Assembly: GCA_040377305.1 (NCBI GenBank)
Contig: JBEIPA010000010.1
Span: forward strand, 32,001 to 96,000
Reading direction: 5' to 3'
Origin: Flavobacteriales bacterium
GTDB lineage: Bacteria; Bacteroidota; Bacteroidia; Palsa-965
Length of the DNA: 64,000 bases
Shown here: piece by piece, positions 1 to 8,850 of the stretch
Numbering within the stretch: the stretch's first letter is position 1
Layout: each line of letters opens with the position of its first letter
The notes under the pieces: generated by a model
Seen by the model: the letters and a program-made list of their open reading frames with translations, nothing else
Databases searched by the model: none
What the model was told of the DNA's origin: nothing
Made by a program: the position numbers and the translations under genes

Positions 1-1427
1 GTGATAGTTTGCGTAGTTGCTCCTGTGCTCCACAAATAACTTGCACCAGGATTTCCCGCATTCAGTACAACGGTGTTGCTGCAAAAAGATGAGTCGTTGC
101 CTAAATTGACGGATGGTGCAGGCACTGTTCCTTCCGCGATGACAAGATTAAAAAGCTGTCCGGTTGCCGAGCCGCCAGGCGTAGCACCGTATGACTGCAA
201 GTAACATGAGGACGAAGCATTCAGATCAATGCCGGCTGTACCAGGTAGTGTAATCACATTCACACTTCCAGGCATAGATGATTGCGAAACCCAGACTACG
301 CCAACACCTCCGCCACCACCAGGACCAAAACATGAACTGTACGCTGTGTTCTGATCACCTCCATCACCACCACTGGCTTTCACATTTACATTCGAAGAAT
401 ACGTGCCTACGTCAAGCAGGACAGTTCCCCCTGCACCTCCGCCACCAGCACCATCGCCAATGCCGTTTACAATAATTCCTACCGATTCTCCATTCGCAAG
501 AATTGAATCGTTGTTACCTGCAAGTGTTCCTGCACGAATGATAACGATGCCGCCACCATCGCCGCCAATCGTGCCAACTGAGTTGTTGTTATCGCTGCAT
601 CCTCCGCCTCCGCCCATAAATATCTTGTTGTTGTATGTAAGCGCGTATCCTCCAGTTCCGCCCATCGGCACTACCGGGCAGAAGTTTGCCTGATTGCCCC
701 CATGGCCGCCAACGGAAAAATTACTTCCTCCGCCTCCGCCGGAATTGTGTTTGTTACCTCCACCACCACCATTCGCCCAGGCACCTCGTCCGCCACCGTT
801 GGCGACAACAGGAACAGCAATCCCTTCACCTTTCTCAGCACCAAAACCGGAACTTACAGGATAGGAGTAATCGGTGTAACCGCTTCCGCAGCCTCCGTCA
901 GGATTCGTGCATTGTGAACCACCCCGGAATCCCTGCCCGCTAACATCGATACGCGCATTCATTGTGAGTGTACCGGAAATTTCCATGACCACGACACCGC
1001 CGGTTATACCATTCCATGGTGCAGCAGACACTGCACCCACAACAGTTGCATTGGTGTATTGAGGAACACGGATCAATTGAACGTGTCCCTGCGGACCCGG
1101 CGTATATGTCTTTACCAGACCAAACTGGAAATTTATAGTTAACCCAACAATAGATGAGATTGTAGCAAACTCATAATTGCCTGCGTTGTTATATGCAGTG
1201 ATCGAACCAAACGTAGAATTATTGGGATTCGCGACCATGGCTCCCTGCATCTGTATGATGAGCACCCGATCTCCAACTGAAAAGGCAGCAGGACTCACCA
1301 CTGCTACATAATTACAACCTACAGCTGTAACCGCAGTATAATCATTAACAACTCCGCTTATGCTTTGCGCATAAATTGTGTGTTGAATAATCAACCCCAA
1401 CACAACAAACAGTTTTCTGTAATACAT
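1..1427 (-). CDS. Secreted Gly-rich surface protein, probable T9SS cargo (3' end runs off the window; absent from the ORF track)
   Basis: Manual translation from ATG at 1427: MYYRKLFVVLGLIIQHTIYAQSISGVVNDYTAV...FSVGDRVLIIQMQGA. Signal peptide, Gly-rich middle region (antisense Pro-rich ORFs at 278-943), and in-frame AGNPGASYLWSTGATTQTI at the window edge, an Ig-like repeat typical of Bacteroidota T9SS cargo. Confidence 0.8.
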   Translation of the reverse strand, partial: MYYRKLFVVLGLIIQHTIYAQSISGVVNDYTAVTAVGCNYVAVVSPAAFSVGDRVLIIQMQGAMVANPNNSTFGSITAYNNAGNYEFATISSIVGLTINFQFGLVKTYTPGPQGHVQLIRVPQYTNATVVGAVSAAPWNGITGGVVVMEISGTLTMNARIDVSGQGFRGGSQCTNPDGGCGSGYTDYSYPVSSGFGAEKGEGIAVPVVANGGGRGAWANGGGGGNKHNSGGGGGSNFSVGGHGGNQANFCPVVPMGGTGGYALTYNNKIFMGGGGGCSDNNNSVGTIGGDGGGIVIIRAGTLAGNNDSILANGESVGIIVNGIGDGAGGGGAGGTVLLDVGTYSSNVNVKASGGDGGDQNTAYSSCFGPGGGGGVGVVWVSQSSMPGSVNVITLPGTAGIDLNASSSCYLQSYGATPGGSATGQLFNLVIAEGTVPAPSVNLGNDSSFCSNTVVLNAGNPGASYLWSTGATTQTI

Positions 1428-1569
1428 ACGTTCTTGTTTTCATGGGGAGATGTTAAAACTTATTACACGCGATTACACTAAAGTTAAACATTCGGCTTTT
1501 CCTGATACGGCACATTGTACAATCGTGCATTTTCTATGATTAGTCGTACAAGGTAATTCATGCGCCGTC

Positions 1570-2577
1570 CTATTGAGGACGCGAACTTCTCTTATTGGTG
1601 GCCAGACCTGAAAATATACCGGTAAACGTAATGCGGTTGAGAGGAAATTCGAGGAATACATGCATGAGGCTTAATAACAGCAGCACATAGAATCCAATTT
1701 CAAATTTCCACCAGTATAATAACACGGCTGATGTCCAGATCACAGCAATCCAGATCATTCGCTGTCGGGGTATTTTATGCCAACCGATAATCCCGGTTTT
1801 GGAAAACCAATTGAGATAATGATACGTGTATGCAAACGCAATGAAACGCATAACAGCAACTCCCGCCGGGGAGTGGTATAAATCATTCACAAAAGTCGGC
1901 TCCCCCGAAGTGAAAAAACCGATCACCTGAAGTATCCATCTGTTCAGATGCTCGAACATGGTGTAATGTTCCAGGGCATACCCGCCCGGTGCTATATAGC
2001 CAGTGGGAATTGCAATAAAAAGCACGGGGCAGACCAGCAGCAAAGCGAATGCAATATATCCGCTCCTGCTCCTGCCTTTCATCGCACCGTAGAGCATGAA
2101 AAGCCCCGTAAAAACGTAAACATGTATCAGCGTGGGAACAAAAACAGCAAACAATACCACCATGTTTTTCGAAACTAACACACCTGCACAGATTACGAGG
2201 AAGGCGATAAAACGATGACTGATACGCTTCAGAAAAATCATGCAGAATGAGACTACTGCTCCAACAATAATAAGAATGGTTTTCACAGCGTTTGGAACAT
2301 GTAGTTCAAGGCTTAAATCAGGCAGGATATAAATTACCAGGAAGAGAACGAAACATGAGCTGAGCAGGAAGAGCAGATCATATCGTTCTTTCGTAAAGTA
2401 CCGACGTTCATGCAACCATGAAATTTCTGTGAGATAATGTCCGGGTCCCAGAATACCATATGCCAGCAGGAACAATTCGAACGGAACAAAGAAAGCAACA
2501 GCACAAGACAACAAAAGCAAACCAATGTTGAGATAATTGATCCGGTCCGTGTTCCGGACGTCGTCAATTGCACTCAT
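1570..2577 (-). CDS. Polytopic membrane protein with conserved-looking His motifs, function unknown
   Basis: 335-aa ORF with many hydrophobic segments; motifs GPGHYLTEISWLH, TLIHVYVFT, YTYHYLNWF, MHVFLEFP; start overlaps the dapF stop by 4 nt. Confidence 0.8.
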   Translation of the reverse strand: MSAIDDVRNTDRINYLNIGLLLLSCAVAFFVPFELFLLAYGILGPGHYLTEISWLHERRYFTKERYDLLFLLSSCFVLFLVIYILPDLSLELHVPNAVKTILIIVGAVVSFCMIFLKRISHRFIAFLVICAGVLVSKNMVVLFAVFVPTLIHVYVFTGLFMLYGAMKGRSRSGYIAFALLLVCPVLFIAIPTGYIAPGGYALEHYTMFEHLNRWILQVIGFFTSGEPTFVNDLYHSPAGVAVMRFIAFAYTYHYLNWFSKTGIIGWHKIPRQRMIWIAVIWTSAVLLYWWKFEIGFYVLLLLSLMHVFLEFPLNRITFTGIFSGLATNKRSSRPQ

Positions 2578-3356
2578 AAAACAGTTTCACCCTTGAAAAC
2601 AAAAGTAGCCGGTCCTTCGAGCCAGATGTTCTTAAAGCCCTGACCCGCTTTCTCAAAATGAACCAGTAAGTTTCCTCCTCGCGTTTTCACTTTACACGAC
2701 TTAGATGCACCTGCAACACCAACCATAGATGCAACCAGCGCACAAGCCGTAACACCCGTTCCGCAGGAAAATGTTTCATCTTCTACTCCACGCTCATAGG
2801 TGCGTACGAAAATTCCTTCGGGACCTGCTTCTACAAAATTCACGTTAGTACCTTCCTTCGCAAAACGTTCGTTGTATCGAATCTTTCTTCCTTTCGAATA
2901 CACGTCAAGTTCAGCAACATTCATTTCCAGCTTCACATAATGCGGTGAACCTGTATCCAGCCAGAAATATCCTTCTCCCGCTTCAACTTCATCCACATCT
3001 TTCATTTTAAGCTTGATCGTTTGCGGACCAATGATGGCCTCGTGCATTCCATCGATTGCCAAAAACTGAATGTGATCTTTTGTGATTGCACCAATGTCTG
3101 CAGCGAAACGGGAAATGCATCTGCCGCCGTTCCCACACATGGAAGAAAATTTTCCGTCGGAGTTGAAATAAACCATCTCGAAATCATAGGACGGGTGATT
3201 TCTCAGCAACATCAATCCATCAGCACCAATTCCAAAACGACGATCACATAAATGCTCAATGAGCTCTACGTTATCCGCAGGGAAAGTTTTGGAACGATCG
3301 TCCACAAGAATGAAATCATTCCCGGTACCGTGATATTTTGAAAACGATAAAATCAT
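2574..3356 (-). CDS. dapF: Diaminopimelate epimerase
   Basis: KYHGTGNDF N-terminus; catalytic MCGNGGRC and TYERGVEDETFSCGTG motifs; GSPH motif. Confidence 0.97.
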   Translation of the reverse strand: MILSFSKYHGTGNDFILVDDRSKTFPADNVELIEHLCDRRFGIGADGLMLLRNHPSYDFEMVYFNSDGKFSSMCGNGGRCISRFAADIGAITKDHIQFLAIDGMHEAIIGPQTIKLKMKDVDEVEAGEGYFWLDTGSPHYVKLEMNVAELDVYSKGRKIRYNERFAKEGTNVNFVEAGPEGIFVRTYERGVEDETFSCGTGVTACALVASMVGVAGASKSCKVKTRGGNLLVHFEKAGQGFKNIWLEGPATFVFKGETVL

Positions 3357-4048
3357 TGTAATCTCGCCAGCAAGCTTTCGTCTGTAACTCTTTCCAGCTG
3401 ACGGAAATCAGCCGTATTCTCTAAGCGAAATACTCCGCCGTTTGTTTTCATAAACATACTTTGGTCAAGACGATAGAGCGCAATATTTTCATCCGTACCA
3501 AAACCAAACAGCACAAGACGACTGCGGCTCAATGTATATCCTTTGTAATTGAGAGGCGATCGCCAGAACTCAACGGTCACCGATTTCCCCGGTTCTTCTT
3601 TGATGCCCGCTTCCTTGCTGCGAATACTGTCGATTGCTTTTATGCCATCGAGATTCACAAGTGAAATCACTTTCTCGCCGAGAAGTTCATTGGTGCGAAC
3701 CACAATTTCTCCATTCGGATCGGTGATAAACACATTACCGGTTGTATCATCGCTCGATAAAGAGTCGTTTACGTCGGTCACATCATTTTCATCGGAAACG
3801 TCGGTCGTAGTGTTGTTCTTCTTTGGCTTGACTTGTTTGTCTGTCGATTGGTCCTGCGTAGAAGTCTCGTCTTCCTCTTTGTCGTCCTGGTTCACAAGCG
3901 GATTATTCATCGCGAAATCTTTCACGTAATCGTCGAGTTTCAAGAGGAAGAATCCACCGGAAAGCACAATTCCGAAAAGCAGTCCAAGCAGAAACACCTG
4001 GAGGCGGTTTCCAAACTGGTGGAGACGGTAACGTGTGCGTAGAGACAT
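3353..4048 (-). CDS. Hypothetical single-pass membrane protein with acidic linker
   Basis: Likely start ATG 4048 (MSLRTRY...), just downstream of a TATTTTTG -7 element at 4058-4065. One TM helix and a D/E/T-rich linker. The upstream extension in the ORF track runs through a repeat and an RNA-like region. Confidence 0.75.
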   Translation of the reverse strand: MSLRTRYRLHQFGNRLQVFLLGLLFGIVLSGGFFLLKLDDYVKDFAMNNPLVNQDDKEEDETSTQDQSTDKQVKPKKNNTTTDVSDENDVTDVNDSLSSDDTTGNVFITDPNGEIVVRTNELLGEKVISLVNLDGIKAIDSIRSKEAGIKEEPGKSVTVEFWRSPLNYKGYTLSRSRLVLFGFGTDENIALYRLDQSMFMKTNGGVFRLENTADFRQLERVTDESLLARLQ

Positions 4049-4096
4049 TTTGCACGTCAAAAATACAAAATCGCACCTTACCGCCGTTGGCGGGTT

Positions 4097-4340
4097 TTCA
4101 CCACGGTGGCACAGCGAGCACGGCGATTTGAATTTTCTTAAAACACCACACCCCCGGTAAGTACTATACCGAGGGTGTTGTTGAGTCAGAATTTCTTCCA
4201 ACCGAGTACTCTGGTGCACCAATCCAGTTACCCTCATCGGGTCCAACGGTCCAGAAACCAGTCGCGCATTGCGAAAGGCCCCGAGTTTGGTATCTAAATA
4301 TAAAAAACTTTCGCCGTGCTCGCTGTGCCTCCGTGGTAAA
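4097..4340. repeat. 30-bp inverted repeat pair (4097-4126 / 4311-4340) enclosing about 185 bp
   Basis: TTCACCACGGTGGCACAGCGAGCACGGCGA versus the reverse complement of the right arm, TTTACCACGGAGGCACAGCGAGCACGGCGA: 28/30 identical. Confidence 0.9.
4138..4290 (-). ncRNA. Candidate orphan structured small RNA (rod-like hairpin plus terminator-like hairpin)
   Basis: Minus-strand pairings ACTC/GAGT, TGC/GCA, ACTGG/TTGGT, TCTGG/CTGGA, ACCC-GATGA-GGGT, then hairpin ACACCCTCGGTA/TACCGGGGGTGT with a T-run shortly after. G-U pairs work only on the minus strand. TATATTTA -7-like element at 4295-4302. Confidence 0.45.
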
Positions 4341-4484
4341 GCCGCGACAGAATGTCGCTCTGGAAGTGAAGGTTTGTCAGTGAGAAGCCACCTTTCCGTA
4401 ATTGTTGTTAAATGCCCGCTGCCAAATGAAACATCTGCACGGCATTTGCGGTTATACAGTCAGTTAATAAATTCTCACAGACAT

Positions 4485-5936
4485 ATGAAACGCTACATCA
4501 TTCCTTTTGTAATGGCACTTGCGGGCGGAGTTGGTGCCTTGACTCTTGACAGGATGTTTTTATCCGATAACGACTCTGCCTTAACAGTCGACAGCACTAC
4601 ACCGGTGCAATTTGCATCAATCAACGGTGAGCCACTGCCGGTATTCACTCCGGCGGCAGAGCAAACAGTTAATGCGGTTGTACACGTGAAGACAAAGTTC
4701 ACGACTACACAGACGTATTTTGATCCGTTCCAGGGCATGTTTGGTGGTAACGGAATGCAAACGGTACCTCAGGAACAACAAGCAGCGGGTTCGGGCGTTA
4801 TTATCTCGAAAGACGGATACATCGTAACGAACTATCACGTAATTGAACAAGCGGAAGAAATTCAGGTTACACTGAATGACAGACGTGTGTACGACGCTGT
4901 GCTGGTTGGTTCCGATCCGAATACAGACATTGCTGTGCTGAAGATAGAAGACGAGAAAAATTTCCCATACATGAGTTGGGGAAATTCGGACAAGGTGAAG
5001 ATTGGTGAGTGGGTTCTCGCTGTAGGAAATCCGTTTAACCTTACCTCAACTGTTACTGCCGGAATAGTAAGTGCGAAAGCGCGCAACATCAATATCATTT
5101 CAGGAAACGGCAGTGGAGTTGGTGCGGTGGAATCGTTTATTCAGACAGATGCAGCTGTTAACCCAGGAAACTCCGGTGGTGCATTGGTGAATACTGCCGG
5201 TCAGCTCATAGGAATCAATACGGCAATTGCTTCTCAAAATGGTTCGTTTGCGGGATATTCGTTCGCAGTTCCTTCCTTGCTCGTAAAGAAAGTAGTGACC
5301 GATCTCGTTGAGTTCGGCATGGTTCAACGCGGTTATCTCGGTGTAAATATTCAGGATGTAGATGCTGATCTCGCGAAGGAACATGATCTGGACAAGCTTT
5401 CCGGTGTGTATGTGCTGGGTGTTATCAAAGATGGTGCTGCAGAAGATGCCGATCTCGAAATAGGAGACGTGATTACCGCTGTTGATTCTGTCACCGTTGG
5501 AAGTGTTGCTGAGCTTCAGGAGCAGGTTAATCGTCACCGCCCCGGAGAGAAAGTGACCATTACTTATAATCGTAATGGCAACGCGGAGAAAACAGTTGCG
5601 ACTTTAAAGAACAAGAACAACACAACAGATTTGCTGACGAAGGAAGATGCGGTGAACAATGAAGTTGTTGAGGCGTTGGGTGCAACATTAGAGCCCGTCG
5701 ATGCCGTTGAACTACAGAGACTGCGAATTAAGGCTGGTGTCGAAATCTCGAAACTAAATGCCGGCGTTTTGCGTAACTCAGGTATAAAGGAAGGATTTGT
5801 CATTACTAGCGTTGACAAGGTCCCGGTAAGCAGTCCGGAACAACTGAAGGAGCTGTTAGAAACGAAGAAAGGAGGAACACTGATTGAAGGGGTATATTCG
5901 AACGGACAACGAGCGTATTATGCCCTGGCTCTCTAA
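4485..5936 (+). CDS. htrA: HtrA/DegP-family periplasmic serine protease with two PDZ domains
   Basis: Catalytic triad motifs TNYHV, DIAVLK and GNSGG; two PDZ domains. Likely start MKRYIIPF at 4485 with an N-terminal anchor. Confidence 0.93.
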   Translation: MKRYIIPFVMALAGGVGALTLDRMFLSDNDSALTVDSTTPVQFASINGEPLPVFTPAAEQTVNAVVHVKTKFTTTQTYFDPFQGMFGGNGMQTVPQEQQAAGSGVIISKDGYIVTNYHVIEQAEEIQVTLNDRRVYDAVLVGSDPNTDIAVLKIEDEKNFPYMSWGNSDKVKIGEWVLAVGNPFNLTSTVTAGIVSAKARNINIISGNGSGVGAVESFIQTDAAVNPGNSGGALVNTAGQLIGINTAIASQNGSFAGYSFAVPSLLVKKVVTDLVEFGMVQRGYLGVNIQDVDADLAKEHDLDKLSGVYVLGVIKDGAAEDADLEIGDVITAVDSVTVGSVAELQEQVNRHRPGEKVTITYNRNGNAEKTVATLKNKNNTTDLLTKEDAVNNEVVEALGATLEPVDAVELQRLRIKAGVEISKLNAGVLRNSGIKEGFVITSVDKVPVSSPEQLKELLETKKGGTLIEGVYSNGQRAYYALAL

Positions 5937-6058
5937 ACTTTATCGGAAGAATAAGACCTTTCGTCGAAGTCGACACCTTGTTACCGTGTCATTATCAACC
6001 CGTTAACGAATTGTTGTAAAAAGTAGAGATTGCCATTGACTTGCCTGTATTGGCGACG

Positions 6059-6066
6059 TAACTTTG
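6059..6066 (+). promoter_or_regulatory. Bacteroidota -7 promoter element for rpoD
   Basis: TAACTTTG matches TAnnTTTG; TTG near 6041 is a candidate -33 element. Confidence 0.6.
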
Positions 6067-6132
6067 TAACCGGAAAAAAGCATGGAAATAGCGGTTTTTC
6101 GCGTTCTTTTCATAGAACCTAATAATTTATAG

Positions 6133-6996
6133 ATGAGACAACTAAAAATCACCAAATCGATCACCAACCGTGAGAGCGCGTCGTTGGACAAGTATTTACA
6201 GGAGATCGGTCGTGAGGATCTGATTACCGCTGAAGAAGAGGTAATTCTAGCTAAGAAGATTCGTGACGGGGATGAAGTGGCACTAGCTAAATTGGTTAAA
6301 GCCAACTTGCGTTTCGTAGTTTCAGTATCTAAACAATACCAGAATCAGGGACTTAGCCTCCCCGATCTTATTAATGAAGGAAATCTTGGTTTGATCAAGG
6401 CTGCAAAACGCTTTGATGAAACACGTGGATTCAAATTCATCTCTTACGCAGTATGGTGGATTCGTCAGTCAATTCTACAGGCTTTGGCTGAGCAATCACG
6501 TATCGTGCGTCTTCCATTGAACCAGGTTGGTTCTTTGAACAAAATCAACAAAGCTTATTCACGCCTCGAGCAGGAGTTTGAGCGCGAACCGACTGCTGAA
6601 GAGTTGTCGCGCGTTCTCGAACTTCCTGAAGACAAGGTTGCAGATACAATGAGAGTTTCTGGTCGTCACGTATCAATGGACGCTCCACTTCTCAATGGTG
6701 AAGACAACTCACTTCTCGACGTAATCGTTAACCATGATTCTCCGCGTGCCGATCGCATGCTGATGAACGAATCGCTTCAGCGCGAAATTGAGCGTAGCTT
6801 GTCTACACTCACAGAACGCGAGCGCGACGTTATCAAACTGTTCTTCGGAATCGGATGTCAGCATGGCTTAACACTCGAAGAAATTGGAGCGAAGTTCGAC
6901 CTTACACGTGAGCGTGTTCGTCAGATCAAGGAAAAAGCAATCCGTCGTCTGCGCCACAGCTCAAGAAGCAAACTTCTTAAGACGTATCTCGGCTAG
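6133..6996 (+). CDS. rpoD: Primary sigma-70 factor (Bacteroidota short RpoD lacking region 1.1)
   Basis: [15 protein letters not shown] start; [30 protein letters not shown] and region 4.2 [12 protein letters not shown]. Confidence 0.96.
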   Translation: MRQLKITKSITNRESASLDKYLQEIGREDLITAEEEVILAKKIRDGDEVALAKLVKANLRFVVSVSKQYQNQGLSLPDLINEGNLGLIKAAKRFDETRGFKFISYAVWWIRQSILQALAEQSRIVRLPLNQVGSLNKINKAYSRLEQEFEREPTAEELSRVLELPEDKVADTMRVSGRHVSMDAPLLNGEDNSLLDVIVNHDSPRADRMLMNESLQREIERSLSTLTERERDVIKLFFGIGCQHGLTLEEIGAKFDLTRERVRQIKEKAIRRLRHSSRSKLLKTYLG

Positions 6997-7019
6997 AAAA
7001 TGGACTGAGTAAATGATCT

Positions 7020-7070
7020 GAGCCGCAAGGAAATTGGTTAGCGAAAGCGCCAGGATCTTTGCGGCTCTCT
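7020..7070 (+). terminator. Probable intrinsic terminator after rpoD
   Basis: GAGCCGCAAGGA...TCTTTGCGGCTC stem followed by a pyrimidine/T run. Confidence 0.55.
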
Positions 7071-7074
7071 CTTT

Positions 7075-7114
7075 TCTTTTTGTGTCGCGGGATTAATCCC
7101 GCGACACAAAAAGA
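7075..7114. repeat. Perfect 40-bp palindrome (REP-like)
   Basis: TCTTTTTGTGTCGCGGGATT|AATCCCGCGACACAAAAAGA is its own reverse complement. Confidence 0.9.
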
Positions 7115-7221
7115 GTTTGATAATTGACTAATAACATTCGACGAGTTTTTCACTGGAGAAATTCAGTATTGCGAAATTTGCATTCACACACAGATCATAA
7201 ATCTCAAATACTCATTCATAA

Positions 7222-8697
7222 ATGACTACGATGGCGCCGGCACAAGGCAAAGCAAATGCATACGAGCATGAATTGAACGACTGGATCAACAATGAGAAAG
7301 CTGCATTGGCTTTGATCAGTTGTATCGGAACACTTTGGTTCGAAAAGTCAGTAGAGCTGGTTATTTTCCGTAACCAATTGATCGACCGCAGTCCTTCTGA
7401 GGTGATGAACCTTCACCAGTACGCAAAAGATGTAGTGAAGAAACCGCTGAACGTAAAAGACACGGCACTTCTCGCAGCAGAATTGGTGAAGTTGGATCTT
7501 GCCCCATCGCGTATCGATATCGGTCGTTTGGGTGCTGAGTGGACAGAAGAACACGCGAAGTTCAAGTCTATGACCGATTTCGTAACTGTGAAACTGAAAG
7601 ATTTCATCGGCGAAGAAAAACACCACATTACTCCAAAGGATGTTGTGTTGTTTGGTTTCGGACGTATCGGTCGTTTGGCTGCACGCGAACTTATCGCACA
7701 GGCAGGTAAAGGGGATCAGCTTCGTCTGCGTGCAATCGTAACGCGTGGCAACAGCGACGAAGAAATTGTGAAACGTGCAGATCTTCTGCGCATGGATTCT
7801 GTTCACGGACCTTTCCCTGGAACTGTAATCGAAGACTTCGCAAACAAAGCGCTTATCGTGAATGGACACACAGTTCACATGATCAACGCAAACAATCCGG
7901 AAGATGTAGATTACACGGCTTTCGGAATTGATAACGCATTACTCATTGACAATACCGGTGTGTTCCGCGATCGCGAGGCACTGAGTCGTCACCTCAAAGC
8001 AAAAGGAATTTCGAAAGTGCTTCTTACAGCTCCTGCAAAAGGTGATGTTCCGAACGTTGTTTACGGTGTCAATCATGAAAACGTAGCACCAGGTGCAGAC
8101 AACATTTTCTCTGCAGCTTCGTGTACTACAAACGCAATCATGCCGATTCTTTATGTGATCGACAAAGAGCTTGGAATCCAGAAAGGTCACATCGAAACGG
8201 TACACTCGTACACGAACGACCAGAACCTGCTCGATAACTATCACAAGAAATATCGTCGCGGCCGTTCTGCTGCAATGAACATGGTCATTACGGAGACTGG
8301 TGCTGAAAGTGCTTTGAAGAAAGTCCTTCCGCAGTTGTCGGGTAAGTTCACTGCAAATTCTGTACGTGTTCCAACACCAAACGTTTCATTGGCGATTCTG
8401 AACATCACGATCAACAAAGAAACGTCGAAGGAAGACGTAAACGAGATCATCCGCAAATACGCATTGAAAGGAAATCTAGTTGAGCAAATTCAATATTCAC
8501 TTTCGAATGAGCTTGTGAGTACTGACGTAATCGGTAATCCTTGTTCATCGGTATTCGATAGTCCGGCTACGATTGTTTCTCCTGATAAGAAGAGCATCGT
8601 GCTTTACGTATGGTACGATAACGAATATGGCTATACACGCCAGGTGATGCGTTATTCGAAGTATCTCGCGGAGGTAATTCGTTTACGCTACTACTAG
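7222..8697 (+). CDS. gap: Glyceraldehyde-3-phosphate dehydrogenase, long form with about 135-aa N-terminal extension
   Basis: GFGRIGR Rossmann motif, ASCTTN catalytic Cys, WYDNEYGY. Confidence 0.95.
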   Translation: MTTMAPAQGKANAYEHELNDWINNEKAALALISCIGTLWFEKSVELVIFRNQLIDRSPSEVMNLHQYAKDVVKKPLNVKDTALLAAELVKLDLAPSRIDIGRLGAEWTEEHAKFKSMTDFVTVKLKDFIGEEKHHITPKDVVLFGFGRIGRLAARELIAQAGKGDQLRLRAIVTRGNSDEEIVKRADLLRMDSVHGPFPGTVIEDFANKALIVNGHTVHMINANNPEDVDYTAFGIDNALLIDNTGVFRDREALSRHLKAKGISKVLLTAPAKGDVPNVVYGVNHENVAPGADNIFSAASCTTNAIMPILYVIDKELGIQKGHIETVHSYTNDQNLLDNYHKKYRRGRSAAMNMVITETGAESALKKVLPQLSGKFTANSVRVPTPNVSLAILNITINKETSKEDVNEIIRKYALKGNLVEQIQYSLSNELVSTDVIGNPCSSVFDSPATIVSPDKKSIVLYVWYDNEYGYTRQVMRYSKYLAEVIRLRYY

Positions 8698-8728
8698 TAT
8701 ATAAACAACCGACACAACTAAGAATATC

Positions 8729-8760
8729 AGGATCGGTCTCATTGGGATCGATCCTTTTTA
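8729..8760 (+). terminator. Intrinsic terminator after gap
   Basis: AGGATCGGTCTC-ATT-GGGATCGATCCT followed by a T-run. Confidence 0.75.
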
Positions 8761-8850
8761 TTTGATGCAAACAATTGAGGCGCAGGACATGCAGAGAACT
8801 GCGTTTGTGTTTTTCATTGGTATCTTTGCTCCCTTTTTTACTCAAACTTT

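Noticed and set aside
278-943. Pro/His-rich plus-strand ORFs
   Set aside because: Antisense shadows of the Gly-rich region of the real minus-strand gene 1-1427.
4198-4290. SAM-I riboswitch resemblance (GACCCGATGA...GGTAAC...GGTGC) or a lysine riboswitch upstream of the dapF operon
   Set aside because: The AUC-AGAG, GAGGGA and GCAACC elements of SAM-I and the AGAGGNGC core of the lysine riboswitch are missing.
4049-4484. N-terminal extensions of ORFs 3353-4246 and 4269-5936 (both contain SPCSLC.RG)
   Set aside because: They are translations of the inverted repeat arms. Better starts with TM/signal segments exist at 4048 and 4485.
7222-7630. N-terminal extension of GAPDH as a novelty
   Set aside because: Long-form GAPDHs of about 480 aa are a known subfamily in Bacteroidota and Gammaproteobacteria.
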